NCBI GenBank assembly: GCA_019057795.1
Contig: JAHLWS010000026.1
Span: forward strand, 32,001-96,000
From: Promethearchaeota archaeon
GTDB lineage: Archaea > Asgardarchaeota > Lokiarchaeia > Sigyniarchaeales > SOKP01
Length of the DNA stretch: 64,000 nucleotides
Reading direction: 5' to 3'
Shown here: piece after piece, positions 29,960-39,294 of the stretch
Layout of the letters: each line of letters starts with the position of its first letter
Numbering within the stretch: the first letter of the stretch is position 1
The notes under the pieces: generated by a model
Databases searched by the model: none
The model's input: only the letters and a program-made list of their open reading frames with translations
What the model was told of the DNA's origin: nothing
Made by a program: the position numbers and the translations under genes

Positions 29960-30229
29960 TTTTTTATAGTTAGATATTGATCACTTAACTATATAAAGAT
30001 ATCTATCTTTTCACATGACAAAAGGGAAAATCGAAAATAGGTTAGTATAAGGCTATTAAAAGTCAATTTAAAAAGATACTGCGATTATATTACTAAAAAT
30101 GAGAGTTTTTGGAAATTTAGACGAGATTTAGGAAATTATTATAAGGAAGTTTATATTCTTTGTCTAATTTCTAAGAATAGCATAATTCCCATATTGGATT
30201 TCCATGTTGTAAGTAAGTTAAACAGGTAA

Positions 30230-31054
30230 CTACGAAATAATTTTCTTTTGAATTTTTTTAATAATTTTTCGACGAAAATCTATCTTTTTCTCATTAACCA
30301 ATTCAATTATAGCGTTATATATCATGTATTTTCCATATTTTTTTTTAAAAGACTTTAAAATTGCCTTTAACAATCTATTCTCGTCATACCGTGCTTTCTT
30401 ATTCTTCAGATAATAAAAATTTACAATTCTCTTTTTCAAGACATTTTTTAAATTCTTATCGTAGAACCGAGCGATCTTGTACCCTGAAAATTCCGTACAC
30501 AATATGTTCCAGCTAGGAATTCCTGTAAAATTTGAATCCCTAAAATAATAGCTATCGTATCGAGTTTTAAAAAACCCGCGTTTGTTTTTATTTAATGGTT
30601 TAGAAAAATGAAGTGCGAAAGGCATTCTAAGAGATGCCTTATTTTTACGAATGTTCAAATTAACGTAATAGACACGGCCCCCATACATTCGATGCAAGAA
30701 ATTTTCTGCTAAGCTAATTTTTATACATTTGGTATCAACGGGGTATTTTGGCGATGCAACACAGTTCCCTTCCCCATATAACACCCATAAAATGTAGATA
30801 CCTTGTTGATTATAATCCTTCGTTCTTTTGATAATTTCTTTTACAGTAATTTTAGAATTTTGAACTTCTACTACTACTTCTTTTCCTGTATCGAGTTTAA
30901 AATACACATCGGCAAAGCGATTCCCTAAATATTTTTCAAGGGATCTTTTTATTACCGACTTATCGTTTTCATAAATATATTTGTACAATAATAACTTGAT
31001 CGCTTTATGGAAATGAGATTCTGCTGGAGTGCTAATCAGTGAGATTTCCTTCAT
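30230..31054 (-). CDS. CoiA-like PD-(D/E)XK nuclease
   Basis: ESHFHKAIK...EKYLGNRFADV...VVVEVQNS...RTKDY...ILWV. Confidence 0.75.
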   Translation of the reverse strand: MKEISLISTPAESHFHKAIKLLLYKYIYENDKSVIKRSLEKYLGNRFADVYFKLDTGKEVVVEVQNSKITVKEIIKRTKDYNQQGIYILWVLYGEGNCVASPKYPVDTKCIKISLAENFLHRMYGGRVYYVNLNIRKNKASLRMPFALHFSKPLNKNKRGFFKTRYDSYYFRDSNFTGIPSWNILCTEFSGYKIARFYDKNLKNVLKKRIVNFYYLKNKKARYDENRLLKAILKSFKKKYGKYMIYNAIIELVNEKKIDFRRKIIKKIQKKIIS

Positions 31055-31151
31055 TTTGCCCTAAATAGCAAAAAGCAAGTTCTTTTCTTAAAAAGATTCT
31101 TAGACACTTAATATATCTAAACAGTATTATGAATTTTTGAATTTTTAGACC

Positions 31152-31181
31152 AAATTTGGGTGGTTACAAAATTCAGTGATG
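31152..31181 (-). repeat. Copy 1 of a ~30-bp element (inverted relative to copy 2)
   Basis: Plus-strand aaatttgggtggttacaaaattcagtgatg. Confidence 0.6.
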
Positions 31182-31204
31182 GGGTTTAATATAGTTAAAT
31201 ATAG

Positions 31205-31978
31205 TTAAAAAATGAAAATTAGAAAAAAACTTATTAAAAATGTTAAGATAGAATTAATAAAAAAATATGTTAAAATTTGAGTCTTCTGATTAATAGTTTC
31301 AGATAATAAGTTTTCAAGATTTTTAAAATTACCTTCTTTAATAGTAGTTTCTATATTTTTAAATTCTATCTCCAATTGAGTTTCTAATTTTGTTATGCCA
31401 ATTATATTATTTGAAGCCTGAACTGCTTCTTTAAGTAAATTTAATGCCTTTTCATATTTTCTTTTGTCTAATTCTTCACGAGCTTTGTTTCTAAAAGAAA
31501 CTGCTCTTTTTTTATTAATTAAATAACGATTAAACAGAAAATATAACCATAATATAAACATCATTTGAAGAATTGAAGAGAATATAAGTTCATTAAGAGT
31601 ATAAGAACTAGAAATCTTAAAATAAAAATAAAGCATATAAAAGAAAACCAATAACCAATACCAATTAATTTGCAATAAACCATCGTTTTTATTTGAAAAT
31701 TCGGATTTTACATAAATATAAGAGGTCCAATAAAGTAAAATACTAAATGATATTATAAAAATAAATAGATTTATGAAACTTAAACCAAAATAAATAAAAT
31801 TAAAAACCAGAATTAATAAATTTAGATCAGATTTTGTATTTTCTTTTTGAAATCCTCCTTTAACATAATATATAAAAAGAATTAAAAATTCTCCCGTCAA
31901 TAATGCAATGAATATGAAAAACAATATGAACTCCAATTGAACATTCAAAATAAAAATTTGGAACATGCTATAAATCAT
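31205..31978 (-). CDS. Hypothetical multi-pass membrane protein with a TPR/MIT-like segment
   Basis: Several hydrophobic helices; KAREELDKRKYEKALNLLKEA. Confidence 0.55.
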   Translation of the reverse strand: MIYSMFQIFILNVQLEFILFFIFIALLTGEFLILFIYYVKGGFQKENTKSDLNLLILVFNFIYFGLSFINLFIFIISFSILLYWTSYIYVKSEFSNKNDGLLQINWYWLLVFFYMLYFYFKISSSYTLNELIFSSILQMMFILWLYFLFNRYLINKKRAVSFRNKAREELDKRKYEKALNLLKEAVQASNNIIGITKLETQLEIEFKNIETTIKEGNFKNLENLLSETINQKTQILTYFFINSILTFLISFFLIFIF

Positions 31979-32277
31979 ATAGGGAATTAATTATTTAAAC
32001 ATTCTATTCCCTAAATTGGAAAAAAAAACTAGTTTTGGCGGATTCAATTTAATCAATCTTTACAAAAATGTCTGTGAATTCAGAGAATCCCTTGATAAAA
32101 AGATTAAAAATTATAAACAATTGGGGGCAATATTTCTCCTTCATGGAAGATATATTTAAATCCATCTTCAGAACAAATAGAAATTTATTTTTCTTATTAT
32201 AATTTTTATTTGATTAATTTAAAATTTCCTTAATTGTTTGTTCGAGATCTAATTTTCAATTGAATTCACCTATCAGT

Positions 32278-32309
32278 CATCACTGAATTTTGCACCCAAC
32301 CCCAAATTT
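32278..32309 (+). repeat. Copy 2 of the ~30-bp element
   Basis: catcactgaattttgcacccaaccccaaattt; the first 15 nt are the exact reverse complement of the copy 1 core. Confidence 0.6.
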
Positions 32310-32384
32310 TCCTTTAAATATAATTAGAATATTAAAAATTCATTAAGCTGTATACAATAAAAAAGCAGAGTTTACTAAATAAAT

Positions 32385-33110
32385 GTGATAAAAATGGTTG
32401 ATAAACATAGCCAAAGTTTTTTTGGGCAATCGACGGGGCTTACGATTAGAAGTTCTTCAAAAACAGAACCGTTTATCTTTTTGAAGTGTATCAAGAAAAA
32501 ATCCGATGGTTCGTGGGAAAAACCCTCTTTAGGAGAAGGAAAGACAATAAAATGTAATTTAGACGAAATCGTAATGATCTTAGATGTACTAAATCGAAAT
32601 AGGGCCTCGTGGACCAGCTTTCATAATTTCAACGATGTAAAAACTCAAATATCTTTTAAATGGGAGGATAACGCCAAGCAAAAATTATTAATTTATATCG
32701 GTAAATATTCTAAGATGTTAAAATTTGCCCAAATTGAAATTTTCAGGTTGTTATTAAAGCATATATTAGACGAAAAAATCGAGTTTTCTACGGTTTTGAA
32801 CTTTGACACTTTAAATAAAAGGGCACTATTACCTAAAGCAGTTAACCAAATAATTGAAGGAAATAGCTCAAAGACATTACCAATTGTGACAGAAACGGTA
32901 GAACGCAAAGAAAGTGAAGTTAGTCAAATAAAAGGCGTTATTGAAGGTGAAACCGAAAAAGCTTTGCTTATCCAGTTTAACGAAGAGAAAGAAGTGTGGA
33001 TTCCTAAATCAATTATTCGATCTGATTACAACACTTCAGTAAAAGATAGCACCCAAGATTTCTTAATCGATAACTGGATACTAAAAAGAAATAATATTAA
33101 CGCCAATTAA
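32385..33110 (+). CDS. Hypothetical protein; possible PC4/Whirly-like N-domain and small ETEKALL-WIPKS C-domain
   Basis: Two beta-beta-beta-beta-helix-like units followed by GETEKALLI...EVWIPKS. Confidence 0.5.
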   Translation: MIKMVDKHSQSFFGQSTGLTIRSSSKTEPFIFLKCIKKKSDGSWEKPSLGEGKTIKCNLDEIVMILDVLNRNRASWTSFHNFNDVKTQISFKWEDNAKQKLLIYIGKYSKMLKFAQIEIFRLLLKHILDEKIEFSTVLNFDTLNKRALLPKAVNQIIEGNSSKTLPIVTETVERKESEVSQIKGVIEGETEKALLIQFNEEKEVWIPKSIIRSDYNTSVKDSTQDFLIDNWILKRNNINAN

Positions 33111-34303
33111 CTTTTTTTTTTAAGATTCGGAATAAATTCATCGTCGCAAAGAGCTTTTAATTCCCTGTTATAATCAATCATTTTTTTAGCAATTTCAGGA
33201 TGAGAAAGTAGTTGTATTTCCGCTTTATCGTCGCGATCCCATAATAAGTAAGGAGTAGTTTCGTGTGGAACCTCATCCTTAACTTGATTTACCCAATCAT
33301 CAGGTAATTCGTTTTTTAATTCAACATCTAGCATCCGCGCTAAAAATAACGTCCAAGCTCTTGGTACGGCAGTCATTAAATAACCTCCTCCTCCTCCTGC
33401 AATCCATTTGTTCTGACAGTAATCATGAGCAGATGTGTAGAGTGTTTGAGCAATGTCTCGATAAATCGAAATCGAAAGCCCCATTTGTGTTAAAGGATCG
33501 TTAAAGTACATGTCTACTCCTAACTGAGTTAATAAGACATCGGGGGCATAGGCTTCTAAAATCCTAGGTACACAATAACGAAATAATTTTCGAAACATTC
33601 TATTATCAGTACCTGGCAACAAAGGAAAGTTAATAGAAAATCCTTTTCCTGCTCCTTCACCGACTTCCTTTGTGTTTCCAGTACCTGGAAATAAAAATTT
33701 TCCGCTTTCGTGAAAAGAGACCGTTAAAACATTTGGATCGTCGTAAAAAAAACCTTGTACACCATCTCCATGGTGACAATCTATATCCAAATACGCAATT
33801 CTTATATCATTTTTTAAATTTTTAAGATGATGAATAGCTACGGCAATATCGTTAAAAATACAAAATCCCGAAGCTTTTTTTTTATGTGCGTGGTGAAGTC
33901 CTCCTGCTGGATTAAAAGCAATCGTTATATCGTTGTTTTGCCAAACCATATCTGCAGCTAACAAACTTGCTCCACACACTAACGCTGATGCCTCGTACAT
34001 GCCTTTAAAAACAGGAGTATCTCCAGTACCTAACCCATAGAGATATGGTTGAACATTTCTATCCGAAGGGTTCTCGCTTAATTTTTTAACTATTTCCACA
34101 TACTCTGGGTCGTGAGCTCTTTCTATTTCTTTTTGTGAGGCGGGACTTGGTTCAAAGATCTCCAATCTTTCGTTATTAAAAAGATTTAGTTTCTCCATAA
34201 GGCTATATGTAAGTTTAATCCTTAAAGGTCGTAAAGGGTGCTGTGGTCCAAAATTATAACTTTGATATTTATTGGTATAAATAAGCGCTGTCTTATTAAC
34301 CAT
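33107..34303 (-). CDS. Histone deacetylase family protein (AcuC/class I-like)
   Basis: HPLRPLR, GGLHHA, SGFCIFND, DIDCHHGDG, FPGTG, GGGGY. Confidence 0.92.
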   Translation of the reverse strand: MVNKTALIYTNKYQSYNFGPQHPLRPLRIKLTYSLMEKLNLFNNERLEIFEPSPASQKEIERAHDPEYVEIVKKLSENPSDRNVQPYLYGLGTGDTPVFKGMYEASALVCGASLLAADMVWQNNDITIAFNPAGGLHHAHKKKASGFCIFNDIAVAIHHLKNLKNDIRIAYLDIDCHHGDGVQGFFYDDPNVLTVSFHESGKFLFPGTGNTKEVGEGAGKGFSINFPLLPGTDNRMFRKLFRYCVPRILEAYAPDVLLTQLGVDMYFNDPLTQMGLSISIYRDIAQTLYTSAHDYCQNKWIAGGGGGYLMTAVPRAWTLFLARMLDVELKNELPDDWVNQVKDEVPHETTPYLLWDRDDKAEIQLLSHPEIAKKMIDYNRELKALCDDEFIPNLKKKS

Positions 34304-34435
34304 AAATAATAATTACAATCCATTTTTTATAAGTTTTTGAAAAAAAAAATACAAAAAATTATAATATCGGAGTAACATATAAAAAAATAAAGTTATTTAA
34401 GAATATTTCATACTAAATTATTCCACCACTATAAA

Positions 34436-34990
34436 ATGAGTCAAAGATTTACAAAATTCGTAGAAAGGGTAGCTAAAGACAACGAATTCAAGCCGCTTAA
34501 AAATAGGTTATTAAACCATTTACAAAAAGAAAGCGAAAATAAATACAAAAATTACCCGCGGCTTTTAGAGTTAATGCTTAACTATTGGACTAAATACAAA
34601 GAGGGTTTTAAAATTTCGCATCTACTAAGAGACCATTATGAGGAGATTTTCAATTTTTACCTTACTACGATCTTTCCTTTCAGAAAGAGAGGTCTGACGC
34701 TTTCTGGAGCAGAAGCCCCGACTATAGTCGATTTTAAACTCATTTACCAATATCATTATAACTTAGGAGAAATTGAATCTATCAATAAAGTAATGAAGGA
34801 ATTAAACATTGAAGCAAAAACTGAAAGCGTTTTGAAAAGACTCTTAATTTTTGCTGTAAGTTCATTTAGCCCCTTGATAGAACAAATTTTTGAACGACCT
34901 TTTGCTTTTCAATTTTCTAACATTGACGCAAATCTATTTGATAATGGAGAGTGGGAAGTCGTAGCAATAATTTCAGCCAGAGAACAATAG
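34436..34990 (+). CDS. Hypothetical protein
   Basis: 184-aa ORF. Confidence 0.55.
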   Translation: MSQRFTKFVERVAKDNEFKPLKNRLLNHLQKESENKYKNYPRLLELMLNYWTKYKEGFKISHLLRDHYEEIFNFYLTTIFPFRKRGLTLSGAEAPTIVDFKLIYQYHYNLGEIESINKVMKELNIEAKTESVLKRLLIFAVSSFSPLIEQIFERPFAFQFSNIDANLFDNGEWEVVAIISAREQ

Positions 34991-35066
34991 TTTCTTACAT
35001 TATCTATTGATTTTATAAAGAAATCGCAATTTAAAATTAGATTCTAAAAATTAAGACGATTAAATA

Positions 35067-35495
35067 CTATTTTGTCAAATAAGAACCTAAATCCATCATT
35101 TTACCATCACCTTTTTTAACTTGGATCTTTCCTTTAATTCCTTTAATTTTCCGCTCTAAATGTATAATTGCATCCAAAGGAATCCTTCTTGGAATTCCAC
35201 CTTGGCGATTGATAATGGCAATTAAATAATCTATATTCATTACTACATCTGGACTAATTAACTCGTTGTAAATTGTTTGATATACCATTGGTTCTTTAGT
35301 TTTCATTTTTTCTAAATAAGAAAAGGCATCTGGTGCCAAAACAGCTCTCAATACATAAACGACTTTTTCAGTTATGGAATGAACTCTCTCCCGCATTTGT
35401 TTCTGCTGATTTTGAGCATCCATAAGAACTTTCATTTTTTTCAACCGAAGCCTTTCTAATTCGTGTTGTTCTTCGTCGTTGTTGTGCTCGTTCAA
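35067..35495 (-). CDS. PDCD5-like DNA-binding protein (divergent)
   Basis: ELERLRLKKM...LRAVLAPDA..YL...KEP pattern; GAGGT SD. Confidence 0.65.
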   Translation of the reverse strand: MNEHNNDEEQHELERLRLKKMKVLMDAQNQQKQMRERVHSITEKVVYVLRAVLAPDAFSYLEKMKTKEPMVYQTIYNELISPDVVMNIDYLIAIINRQGGIPRRIPLDAIIHLERKIKGIKGKIQVKKGDGKMMDLGSYLTK

Positions 35496-35530
35496 TATTA
35501 TTACCTCATGATTATAAATAATCTATAAAA

Positions 35531-36457
35531 TTAAGAATTTACGATTTTTAAAGCAATTTCTAAGGCTCTTATGCCGTCATCTAGAGTTACTTCTAGCTCT
35601 TTATCGTAAAGGAAATTATTAATTTCTCTCTTTAAAGGTTCGTCCCCTTTCAAAGGAGTGAATGAAGTATCTTTTGTAACTGGCCATTCTCCCTGCAGAT
35701 CGATACCCGTTCGGATGTTTATCTGCTGAGTAATAAAATCAATTGAAATACCCCCAAATTCACCGTTAACATACATTCTTCTGAACTTAGATGGCGTTAG
35801 CCAATTTGATTCGATCTGACCTATTGCCGTACCGAAATCTAATATTATAAAGGCTGCATCGGCATGAACGCTATCTTTATAACATTTTTTAACGCCAAAT
35901 GCATTTATTATCTTGTTTTTACCTAAAATTTTTTCTTGTAGATAAATATCGTGAATAGATAAATCTAAAATAACGCCCATGTCCCAATCTCTTTTAGGAT
36001 ACAACCCAACGCGTTTTGACGCAATTGAAATTATCTCTCCTATATCGTTAATGTGGTTTAATAATTTATCAAAAGCAGGATTAAACAACTCGATAAATCC
36101 AGGCATTATTCGAATGTTGTCGTATTCTTTAAAAGCAATTAAATCTTCTAACTTCAACGCCATCGGTTTTTCCATTAATATATCTATTCCAGCTTCAGCA
36201 AACTTTTTAGCAATTTTTGGAATCTGTTTTGGTTGGGTTACAATGCTTACTGCGTCAATTTCTTCGTTTTTTATTAGATCTTCTACATTTTTATAAGTGT
36301 TAATTTCCTCGTATTGGTCTGCCATTTGCTTTAACTTAGTTTCGTTAATGTCACATATACCAACAAGCTCAGAGACGTCATTAAAATTTCTGATATGTGC
36401 CCGACCAAACCAACCAGCACCAACAACAGCTGTTCTTTTCTTTTTCATTGTTCTCAA
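35531..36457 (-). CDS. Gfo/Idh/MocA oxidoreductase
   Basis: VVGAGWFGRAH, EKP, GFIELFNPA, DLSIHD. Confidence 0.88.
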   Translation of the reverse strand: MRTMKKKRTAVVGAGWFGRAHIRNFNDVSELVGICDINETKLKQMADQYEEINTYKNVEDLIKNEEIDAVSIVTQPKQIPKIAKKFAEAGIDILMEKPMALKLEDLIAFKEYDNIRIMPGFIELFNPAFDKLLNHINDIGEIISIASKRVGLYPKRDWDMGVILDLSIHDIYLQEKILGKNKIINAFGVKKCYKDSVHADAAFIILDFGTAIGQIESNWLTPSKFRRMYVNGEFGGISIDFITQQINIRTGIDLQGEWPVTKDTSFTPLKGDEPLKREINNFLYDKELEVTLDDGIRALEIALKIVNS

Positions 36458-36622
36458 TCAAAAAATCAAACTATTTATATTGAAAAATAATGCTAGTCAA
36501 AATAAGAATTTTATCAAGTTAAGAGAATCATACTCAAAACATTCATCAATATACATTTCCTAGAAAGAGGTGAAGAAACTCAAATAGAGTATAATTTAAA
36601 TATTTTTTGAAATAAGAAATAG

Positions 36623-36774
36623 TCCCCCCACCCGGAATCTCATCCTTCCTAAAGTAGAAAGGGAGTTTGAGCCGGGGACCTCACGGTATCGGCTGACAAT
36701 ACTTCATAGGCAAAAACCTTAGTATGCGATATTTATCTACAGCCGCGCGCTCTGACCAACTGAGCTATGGGGGG
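36623..36774 (-). tRNA. tRNA-Tyr(GTA) with two introns (37/38: 36688-36736; 59/60: 36637-36665)
   Basis: Acceptor CCCCCCA/TGGGGGG + A73, D-arm GCTC/GAGC, anticodon stem CGCGG/CCGTG, loop CT-GTA-G, T-stem CCCGG/CCGGG. Confidence 0.92.
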
Positions 36775-37004
36775 TCTGAAAAAATATCAATATATTTTTT
36801 AATTTAAATAATCATATATTTTTTACGATTTTTCGATAGAATTAACAACATTAAAGGGAATTTATGATTTGTAAAAACAAAACTTTTGAATCTTGCTAAA
36901 TTTTGTAATTTATCCGATTTATAACAAAAATCGAAATTTACACAATATTTTTTAAAGAAAACCCTAACTATATATTTAATATTGTTTTAATATTTAAAAA
37001 AAAA

Positions 37005-37523
37005 GTGAGCATTATGAGAGAAGAAACTGATTATACTGAAGCCATCGAAACGTACAAAGACGATAGTAATGTAATCATTGAACCATGGGGTCGTAGTATC
37101 GATCACCTCCGGCTTACAATCATCGGAAAAGATGGAACACCTTATAATAAAGGAAAGTTTATTTTCGAAATTAAGTTTCCTGAGAATTACCCGTTTGCGC
37201 CTCCCTACGCTTACGCGGTAACCCTCATGTGGCATCCAAACATCGATAGTAGCATACCTCCCGGGAAGCTTAATATATGTTTAGATTTAATTAACCCCGA
37301 TTTGGTAGGGAAGGTCGACGCTTCGACAGGGGCGTCAGGTTGGACTCCGTCCAAGACTCTAACTAATATAATAGAAGCTTTAAAGGGTATGATGCATGTA
37401 GAGCCTCCCTTCTTTAATCCTGGAGATCCGCTCAATCACGAAGCGGGCGAACAATATTTCAGGGCTTTGAAAAAGTTTCAAGCTAAAGCTAAGTCCTGGA
37501 CATCTAAGTACGCCATGGATTGA
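37005..37523 (+). CDS. Ubiquitin-conjugating enzyme E2
   Basis: GTPY..G.F...FP.NYPFAPP, WHPNI, catalytic ICLD, WTPS, DPLNHEA. Confidence 0.93.
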   Translation: MSIMREETDYTEAIETYKDDSNVIIEPWGRSIDHLRLTIIGKDGTPYNKGKFIFEIKFPENYPFAPPYAYAVTLMWHPNIDSSIPPGKLNICLDLINPDLVGKVDASTGASGWTPSKTLTNIIEALKGMMHVEPPFFNPGDPLNHEAGEQYFRALKKFQAKAKSWTSKYAMD

Positions 37524-37668
37524 GCTTATTCCTATTAATTTTTTTATCTCTTCTTTTTTAACACACTTCATAAGTCCAACATAGATTGATTGAATACAGA
37601 AAAGTTCCATTATTATAATAAAAATATTTATAAAACTAACTGGATTAAAGCAAATAATTATTTTTTGA

Positions 37669-38550
37669 GTGATAAAGTTGCTAAAAAAATCAAAAGGGTT
37701 AAATTCCAGATTAATTGAGTTGAATAAATTTGATATAAGAGAATTTAAGGGACAATTATCTGACAAAGCTAAAATTGTAGTTCCGAAACTCTTCAAAACT
37801 GTTCAAAGAGCAAAATCAGATTACAAAAGAGAAATGAAAAACCTACCCGACAATGTTAAATCCGCACCTAAAGAATTTTGGGAAGATGTTATCGAGCAAG
37901 CGAAGATTTTAGGAATTGATCTTATAGGATTTGCTCCTGTGGACGAAAAATTTATTTTTAAGAACGATTACGTAAGCGGAATCGAATTTCTATACGAGAA
38001 TGGAATTGTTTTAGGAATGGAAATGGATTACGAAGCTATAGATAAGGCTCCTGAACCTCCAGCAGGGTTAGAATCTTTAAACATCTACGCAGAGTTAGGT
38101 GAGGCAACAAATAAATTAGCATATTTTATCCGATCTAAAGGTTATAGTGCAATAGCGTGCCATCCACTTGGTGGTCCAATTCTTTACCCCGCGATGGCAG
38201 TAAAAGCAGGCTTGGGGAAAATTGGAACGCAAGGTCTTTTAATCACTAAAAAATTCGGCCCAAGGCAGAGATTATCCATGATTTCTGTAAACGCAACTCC
38301 TCTTCCTGAGGTCTCTTTAGAAAAATTTGAGATAGACGAGTATTGTAAGAAATGTAAAAGATGCGTTCAAATGTGCCCCGTGAACGCGATTTACTACGAA
38401 CCAATTATCAAGGAAAATGGTATAAAAACTCGAATTGATGGAGAAAAATGTATCGAATATTTTTACGAAACTACGGGATGTTCTGTTTGTATAAAAGAAT
38501 GTCCATTTCACAAAATTGGATATAAAGCAATGTATTACTCTCGTTTATAA
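37669..38550 (+). CDS. Reductive dehalogenase/QueG-like cobalamin and 2x4Fe-4S protein
   Basis: AVKAGLGKIG..GLLIT.KFGPRQRL, CKKCKRCVQMCP, CSVCIKECPF. Confidence 0.8.
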   Translation: MIKLLKKSKGLNSRLIELNKFDIREFKGQLSDKAKIVVPKLFKTVQRAKSDYKREMKNLPDNVKSAPKEFWEDVIEQAKILGIDLIGFAPVDEKFIFKNDYVSGIEFLYENGIVLGMEMDYEAIDKAPEPPAGLESLNIYAELGEATNKLAYFIRSKGYSAIACHPLGGPILYPAMAVKAGLGKIGTQGLLITKKFGPRQRLSMISVNATPLPEVSLEKFEIDEYCKKCKRCVQMCPVNAIYYEPIIKENGIKTRIDGEKCIEYFYETTGCSVCIKECPFHKIGYKAMYYSRL

Positions 38551-38632
38551 ATTGATTTGAAAATTTATAACGAAAACTTAATTTTTATGTAAAATTATCT
38601 TAATTATTCATTAATCTTGTTGAATATGAAAC

Positions 38633-39256
38633 ATGTCTAAGAAGAAAATACTTCCATTTAAAGATAAGAAAGTAATTGTGTTCGATTTAGATGGTACGAT
38701 CGTTAGATTAGCGGCAGATTGGCATTCATTAAAAAATATTTTAAACGATCGTTATTCTGAACATTTTCAAGATGACTGTCAATTTACGAGTATTTCTGCT
38801 TGCCTTAGTGAAATTGTCGAAAAAGGGGACGAAGCGGAATTACAACGTAATTTTTATGTTATTAAACAATACGAACTTGATAACATAGAAAAGAACGAAC
38901 CTATTGAAGAGACAATCTACTTTATCAATAATACAAAATTATTTGGCGTAAAAAAGGGGACTAAACTAGCCATTTTATCCTTAAATACAAGACAAACTAT
39001 TAAAAAATCCTTAGAATTAGCAGGAATAAGCGAAAAATTTGACTATATTTTAGGAAGAGAAGATGTAAGAAGTTGGAAACCCGAACCAGAAGGATTATTA
39101 AGAATTATGAAACATTACAAGGTCAATAAAGAAGACATGATTTATTTCGGAGATTTAGAAAAAGATTTAGCGACTGGTGCTAACGCAGGAATTGAAACAC
39201 ATTATATTGACGATCTCATAAACCTTGTTAAAAGTTGTAAAAATGAATTGATATGA
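38633..39256 (+). CDS. HAD-superfamily hydrolase
   Basis: FDLDGT, KPEPEG, YFGD...D...G.NAG. Confidence 0.9.
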   Translation: MSKKKILPFKDKKVIVFDLDGTIVRLAADWHSLKNILNDRYSEHFQDDCQFTSISACLSEIVEKGDEAELQRNFYVIKQYELDNIEKNEPIEETIYFINNTKLFGVKKGTKLAILSLNTRQTIKKSLELAGISEKFDYILGREDVRSWKPEPEGLLRIMKHYKVNKEDMIYFGDLEKDLATGANAGIETHYIDDLINLVKSCKNELI

Positions 39257-39294
39257 ATATAAGAGTTTAACAATAGGTAAGCAATCTGAATAAT

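Noticed and set aside
37521-37523. Other TGA-ending genes (E2, HAD, nucleotidyltransferase, roadblock) as selenoproteins
   Set aside because: Their domains are complete at the TGA and I saw no AUGA/GA hairpin downstream.
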